The translations under genes were made by a program, and so were the position numbers. The notes under the pieces are model-generated. The model had not been told where the DNA came from. It did no database searches and worked only from the letters and a program-made list of their open reading frames with translations. 64,000 bases of DNA from Escherichia phage vB_EcoM-CHD94UKE2: sequence record MZ234031.1; one strand, written 5' to 3'. Below are positions 60,233 through 64,000 of this stretch, in pieces; the first letter of the stretch is position 1; each line of letters starts with the position of its first letter.

Positions 60233-60683
60233 GTTAGAGATTAGAAGCAATTTTAGGTGGCCATCATGTGCATTAAGTAATTTCGCCCATTGGCCTTTCG
60301 TTATGGATGGCATTCAATTTGGAGGTCTTGAAGGATTCCTCCAAGGATGCAAAGTGAAAAATGTTGAACAACAACGTCGTATATTTGGGTTATCCGGGCT
60401 TGCCGCCCAACAAGCTGGAAGGTCTTATGCAAGAGCTCAGGACCGTGGGACCCTCTTCTGGCTTGGAGTTCCATTTTCAAGATACTCCCCGGCGTGGAAA
60501 GAATTATACACAAATGCATATTTTGAAGCAGCGATCCAAAACAAGGGCTTCCGTGATGCATTACAAGCCTCGAAAGGAAAAGTTTTGAAGCACAGCATGG
60601 CTAGTGGTCTAACAAAAGATGATACAATACTAACCGAAGCTGAATTTATTGATGTGTTAAACCTATTAAGAGACTCTCTATGA
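60225..60683 (+). CDS. NADAR-like (YbiA/DUF1768-like) domain protein, about 152 aa
   Basis: Motif LSNFAHWPFVMDGIQFGGLEGFLQGCK resembles NADAR core (SNF..WP...DG..F...E.F.Q..K); visibly higher G+C than flanks. Confidence 0.45.
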   Translation: MSELEIRSNFRWPSCALSNFAHWPFVMDGIQFGGLEGFLQGCKVKNVEQQRRIFGLSGLAAQQAGRSYARAQDRGTLFWLGVPFSRYSPAWKELYTNAYFEAAIQNKGFRDALQASKGKVLKHSMASGLTKDDTILTEAEFIDVLNLLRDSL

Positions 60684-61519
60684 AGCCTACTATTTTAACT
60701 GATATTGATGGAGTGTGTTTAAGCTGGCAATCAGGCCTTCCTTATTTTGCTCAGAAATATAATCTTCCGTTGGAACATATTTTAAAAATGATCCAAGATG
60801 AAAAATTTATTTCTCCTGGTAAACTTTTTAATTGTGATGAAGAACTTGGTGTCAAGTTAATTGAAAAATACAATCGTTCAGATTTTATTCGTTACTTGTC
60901 TCCATATAAAGATGCTCTGTGTGTAATTAACAAATTAAAAGAAGATTATAATTTTGTAGCTGTTACAGCGCTGGGTGATTCTATTGACGCTCTGCTGAAT
61001 CGTCAATTTAATTTGAATGCTCTTTTTCCTGGTGCCTTCTCAGAAGTACTGATGTGTGGTCATGATTCTTCAAAAGAAGAGTTGTTCAAAAAGGCAAAAG
61101 AGAAATATAACGTAATTTGTTATATTGACGATCTCGCTCACCACTGCGATCACGCGAGTGAAATATTAAGTGTTCCTGTTTATTGGATGGCTCGAGGGGA
61201 ACGTGACAGTATTCCAAAAACTGCTCAGCGAGTTTATACATGGAACGATGTAGAGAATAAGCTTTTTTCACCAAAGGAAAATAAAGAAAGTTTTGATAGT
61301 GAAAAAACTATAAAAGATGTAATTGAAAAGATGATTAAAAACGATTCTTTTCGTTGGAACACTACCTGGAGAACTCCTGGATTTAATCCTTATAATCATC
61401 TATATCATCCATATCAGACACATCCGTTTCAGACATGGAACTATATTAAACCCGGCGGTATAGAGTATTTGTATAATAGACCTACTTGTGGTGATAATAT
61501 TTTCCAAGGAGCATTCTAA
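60680..61519 (+). CDS. HAD-superfamily hydrolase-like protein, 279 aa
   Basis: N-terminal DxDG motif (LTDIDGVCL) and downstream YIDD acid motif; precedes DNA ligase. Confidence 0.45.
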   Translation: MKPTILTDIDGVCLSWQSGLPYFAQKYNLPLEHILKMIQDEKFISPGKLFNCDEELGVKLIEKYNRSDFIRYLSPYKDALCVINKLKEDYNFVAVTALGDSIDALLNRQFNLNALFPGAFSEVLMCGHDSSKEELFKKAKEKYNVICYIDDLAHHCDHASEILSVPVYWMARGERDSIPKTAQRVYTWNDVENKLFSPKENKESFDSEKTIKDVIEKMIKNDSFRWNTTWRTPGFNPYNHLYHPYQTHPFQTWNYIKPGGIEYLYNRPTCGDNIFQGAF

Positions 61520-61788
61520 TGTTTGTTGTTCACACTATTTATGAAAATGAAGGTAATACTACACGTGATTACGGTCACGTAAATCAATTTTTTAGATGCA
61601 ATCCAGAATTCCGAGCTCAAAAAGACGAACGAATTTTTAAAAAATGCGTAGAGCAAGGTTTCATTTATATCAAGCACTGGATGCAAGGAAATAAAGTTAG
61701 AACCACATATCATAAGTCTTTGACTGAGCTTAATGATGAATTGATTTATAATAGAGCTGTAAACCAAACTCTGAAGGATGAACAATGA
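61519..61788 (+). CDS. Hypothetical protein, 89 aa
   Basis: ORF. Confidence 0.4.
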   Translation: MFVVHTIYENEGNTTRDYGHVNQFFRCNPEFRAQKDERIFKKCVEQGFIYIKHWMQGNKVRTTYHKSLTELNDELIYNRAVNQTLKDEQ

Positions 61789-63248
61789 TTCTTAAAATTC
61801 TGAACGAAATAGCATCTATTGGTTCAACTAAGCAGAAGCAAGCAATTCTTGAAAAGAATAAAGATAATGAATTGCTTAAACGAGTATATCGTCTGACTTA
61901 TTCTCGTGGGTTACAGTATTATATCAAGAAATGGCCTAAACCTGGTATTGCTACCCAGAGTTTTGGAATGTTGACTCTTACCGATATGCTTGACTTCATT
62001 GAATTCACGTTAGCTACTCGGAAATTGACTGGAAATGCGGCAATTGAGGAATTAACTGGATATATCACCGATGGTAAAAAAGATGATGTTGAAGTTTTGC
62101 GTCGAGTGATGATGCGAGACCTTGAATGTGGTGCTTCAGTATCTATTGCAAACAAAGTTTGGCCAGGTTTAATTCCTGAACAACCTCAAATGCTTGCAAG
62201 TTCTTATGATGAAAAAGGCATTAATAAGAATATCAAGTTTCCAGCCTTTGCGCAGTTAAAAGCAGATGGAGCTCGGTGTTTTGCTGAAGTCCGAGGCGAT
62301 GAATTAGATGATGTTCGTCTTTTATCACGAGCTGGTAATGAATATCTAGGATTAGATCTTCTTAAGGAAGAGTTAATCAAAATGACTGCAGAAGCTCGCC
62401 AGATTCATCCAGAAGGTGTGTTAATTGATGGCGAATTGGTATACCATGAGCAAGTTGAAAAGGAGCCAGAAGGCCTAGATTTTCTTTTTGATGCTTATCC
62501 TGAAATTAGTAAAGCTAAAGAATTCGCCGAAGTAGCTGAATCACGTACTGCATCTAATGGCATCGCCAATAAATCTTTAAAGGGAACCATTTCTGAAAAA
62601 GAAGCTCAATGCATGAAGTTTCAGGTCTGGGATTATGTCCCGTTGGTAGAAATATACGGTCTTCCTGCATTTCGTTTGAAATATGATGTACGTTTTTCTA
62701 AACTAGAACAAATGACATCAGGTTATGATAAAGTAATTTTAATTGAAAACCAGGTAGTAAATAACCTAGATGAAGCTAAGGTAATTTATAAAAAGTATAT
62801 TGACCAAGGTCTTGAAGGTATTATTCTCAAAAATACCGATGGATTGTGGGAAAATGCTCGTTCAAAAAATCTCTATAAATTTAAAGAAGTAATTGATGTT
62901 GATTTAAAAATTGTAGGAATTTATCCTCACCGTAAAGACCCTACTAAAGCGGGTGGATTTATTCTTGAATCAGAGTGTGGAAAAATTAAGGTAAATGCTG
63001 GTTCAGGCTTAAAAGATAAAGCCGGTGTAAAATCGCATGAACTTGACCGTACTCGCATTATGGAAAACCAAAATTATTATATTGGAAAAATTCTAGAGTG
63101 CGAATGCAACGGTTGGTTAAAATCTGATGGCCGCACTGATTACGTTAAATTATTTCTTCCGATTGCGATTCGTTTACGTGAAGATAAAACTAAAGCTAAT
63201 ACATTCGAGGATGTATTTGGTGATTTTCATGAGGTAACTGGTTTATGA
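61785..63248 (+). CDS. 30: ATP-dependent DNA ligase gp30
   Basis: 487 aa MILKILNEIASIGSTKQKQAILEKNKDNELLKRVYRLTYSRGLQYYIKKWPKPG...; adenylation motif KADGAR. Confidence 0.9.
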   Translation: MILKILNEIASIGSTKQKQAILEKNKDNELLKRVYRLTYSRGLQYYIKKWPKPGIATQSFGMLTLTDMLDFIEFTLATRKLTGNAAIEELTGYITDGKKDDVEVLRRVMMRDLECGASVSIANKVWPGLIPEQPQMLASSYDEKGINKNIKFPAFAQLKADGARCFAEVRGDELDDVRLLSRAGNEYLGLDLLKEELIKMTAEARQIHPEGVLIDGELVYHEQVEKEPEGLDFLFDAYPEISKAKEFAEVAESRTASNGIANKSLKGTISEKEAQCMKFQVWDYVPLVEIYGLPAFRLKYDVRFSKLEQMTSGYDKVILIENQVVNNLDEAKVIYKKYIDQGLEGIILKNTDGLWENARSKNLYKFKEVIDVDLKIVGIYPHRKDPTKAGGFILESECGKIKVNAGSGLKDKAGVKSHELDRTRIMENQNYYIGKILECECNGWLKSDGRTDYVKLFLPIAIRLREDKTKANTFEDVFGDFHEVTGL

Positions 63249-63433
63249 AAGCTTACTTAGAAACAATTGTCATTGCTCAAAAAGAAGGTGGAGATGTTTC
63301 TACTTCTGTATCACAAGTCATTCTCGAATTTGTAGATGCATACGCTTATAATAAATTTACAGAAACATTTGATGCCTATGAAAAAGGACCAAAGTTTGAA
63401 ATATATCGTACTCTCTTACCACTAGATTACTAA
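63245..63433 (+). CDS. Hypothetical protein, 62 aa
   Basis: ORF. Confidence 0.4.
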   Translation: MKAYLETIVIAQKEGGDVSTSVSQVILEFVDAYAYNKFTETFDAYEKGPKFEIYRTLLPLDY

Positions 63434-63456
63434 AGGCCTTCGGGCCTTTAATTTTA
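63433..63456 (+). terminator. Hairpin terminator (UUCG loop)
   Basis: AAGGCC-TTCG-GGCCTT then TAATTTT. Confidence 0.6.
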
Positions 63457-63482
63457 TAAATAGAATAAACACTAGAGAGGCT

Positions 63483-64000
63483 ATGATGGAACTTATTACA
63501 GAATTATTTGACGAAGATACTACTCTTCCGATTACAAACTTAAATCCAAAGAAGAAAATACCGCAAATTTTTTCAGTTCATGTTGATGATGCAATTGAAC
63601 AACCAGGCTTTCGTTTATGTACCTATACATCTGGAGGTGATACTAATCGCGATTTAAAAATGGGCGATAAAATGATGCATATTGTTCCTTTTACATTAAC
63701 CGCTAAAGGTTCAATTGCTAAATTAAAAGGTCTTGGTCCAAGCCCAATTAATTATATCAATTCAGTTTTTACTGTTGCAATGCAAACAATGCGTCAGTAT
63801 AAAATTGATGCTTGTATGCTTCGTATTCTTAAGTCTAAAACCGCTGGTCAAGCTCGACAAATTCAAGTTATTGCTGATAGACTTATCCGTAGTCGTTCAG
63901 GTGGCAGATACGTCCTTCTTAAGGAACTCTGGGATTATGATAAAAAGTATGCATATATTCTTATACATCGCAAAAATGTATCACTAGAAGACATTCCAGG
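63483..64000 (+). CDS. alt: Alt ADP-ribosyltransferase (packaged, modifies host RNA polymerase), 5' part only
   Basis: ATG 63483 after AGAGAGG; frame stays open to window end (MMELITELFDEDTTLPITNLNPKKKIPQIF...); position after ligase as in T4. Confidence 0.6.
   Translation, partial: MMELITELFDEDTTLPITNLNPKKKIPQIFSVHVDDAIEQPGFRLCTYTSGGDTNRDLKMGDKMMHIVPFTLTAKGSIAKLKGLGPSPINYINSVFTVAMQTMRQYKIDACMLRILKSKTAGQARQIQVIADRLIRSRSGGRYVLLKELWDYDKKYAYILIHRKNVSLEDIP

Overview
This window reads as a near-complete 64 kb segment of a T-even (T4-like, Tequatrovirus-type) coliphage genome, running from the 3' part of gene 41 to the 5' part of alt. All gene names are assigned from remembered T4 protein sequences, motifs visible in the translations and gene order; no database search was possible. 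Plus strand carries the early/middle genes: 41, dmd, sp, 61, 56, segF-like, soc, modB, modA, srd, dda, dexA, motB-like, 39, rIIA, rIIB, denB, ndd, stp, ac, 52, motA, arn, asiA. The long-tail-fibre late operon 34-35-36-37-38 and holin t lie on the minus strand (35021..38890 down to 28721). Plus strand then continues with rnh, dsbA, 33, 59, segG-like, 32, frd, td, nrdA, nrdB, denA, rnlA(63), alc, spanins, pseT, cd, 31, rIII, DNA ligase 30 and alt. The sequence is not T4 itself: gene 39 is one uninterrupted ORF (no gene 60 bypass, no mobA), td and nrdB have no introns, and the adhesin module is T2-type (glycine-rich gp38 plus gp37 with a C-terminal self-cleaving chaperone domain). Many T4-style early promoters (GTTTAC, about 17 bp, TATAAT), MotA-box middle promoters, TATAAATA late promoters and UUCG-loop hairpin terminators are readable. 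I did not find a clearly foreign multi-gene system. The best candidates for follow-up are a NADAR-like ORF in a locally G+C-rich patch (60225..60683), a 358 bp ORF-free structured region after rIII (58052..58409), an ac-like ORF lacking a canonical start codon (23596..23754), a lone opposite-strand membrane ORF between 61 and 56 (3264..3464), and perfect inverted repeats bracketing some early promoters.
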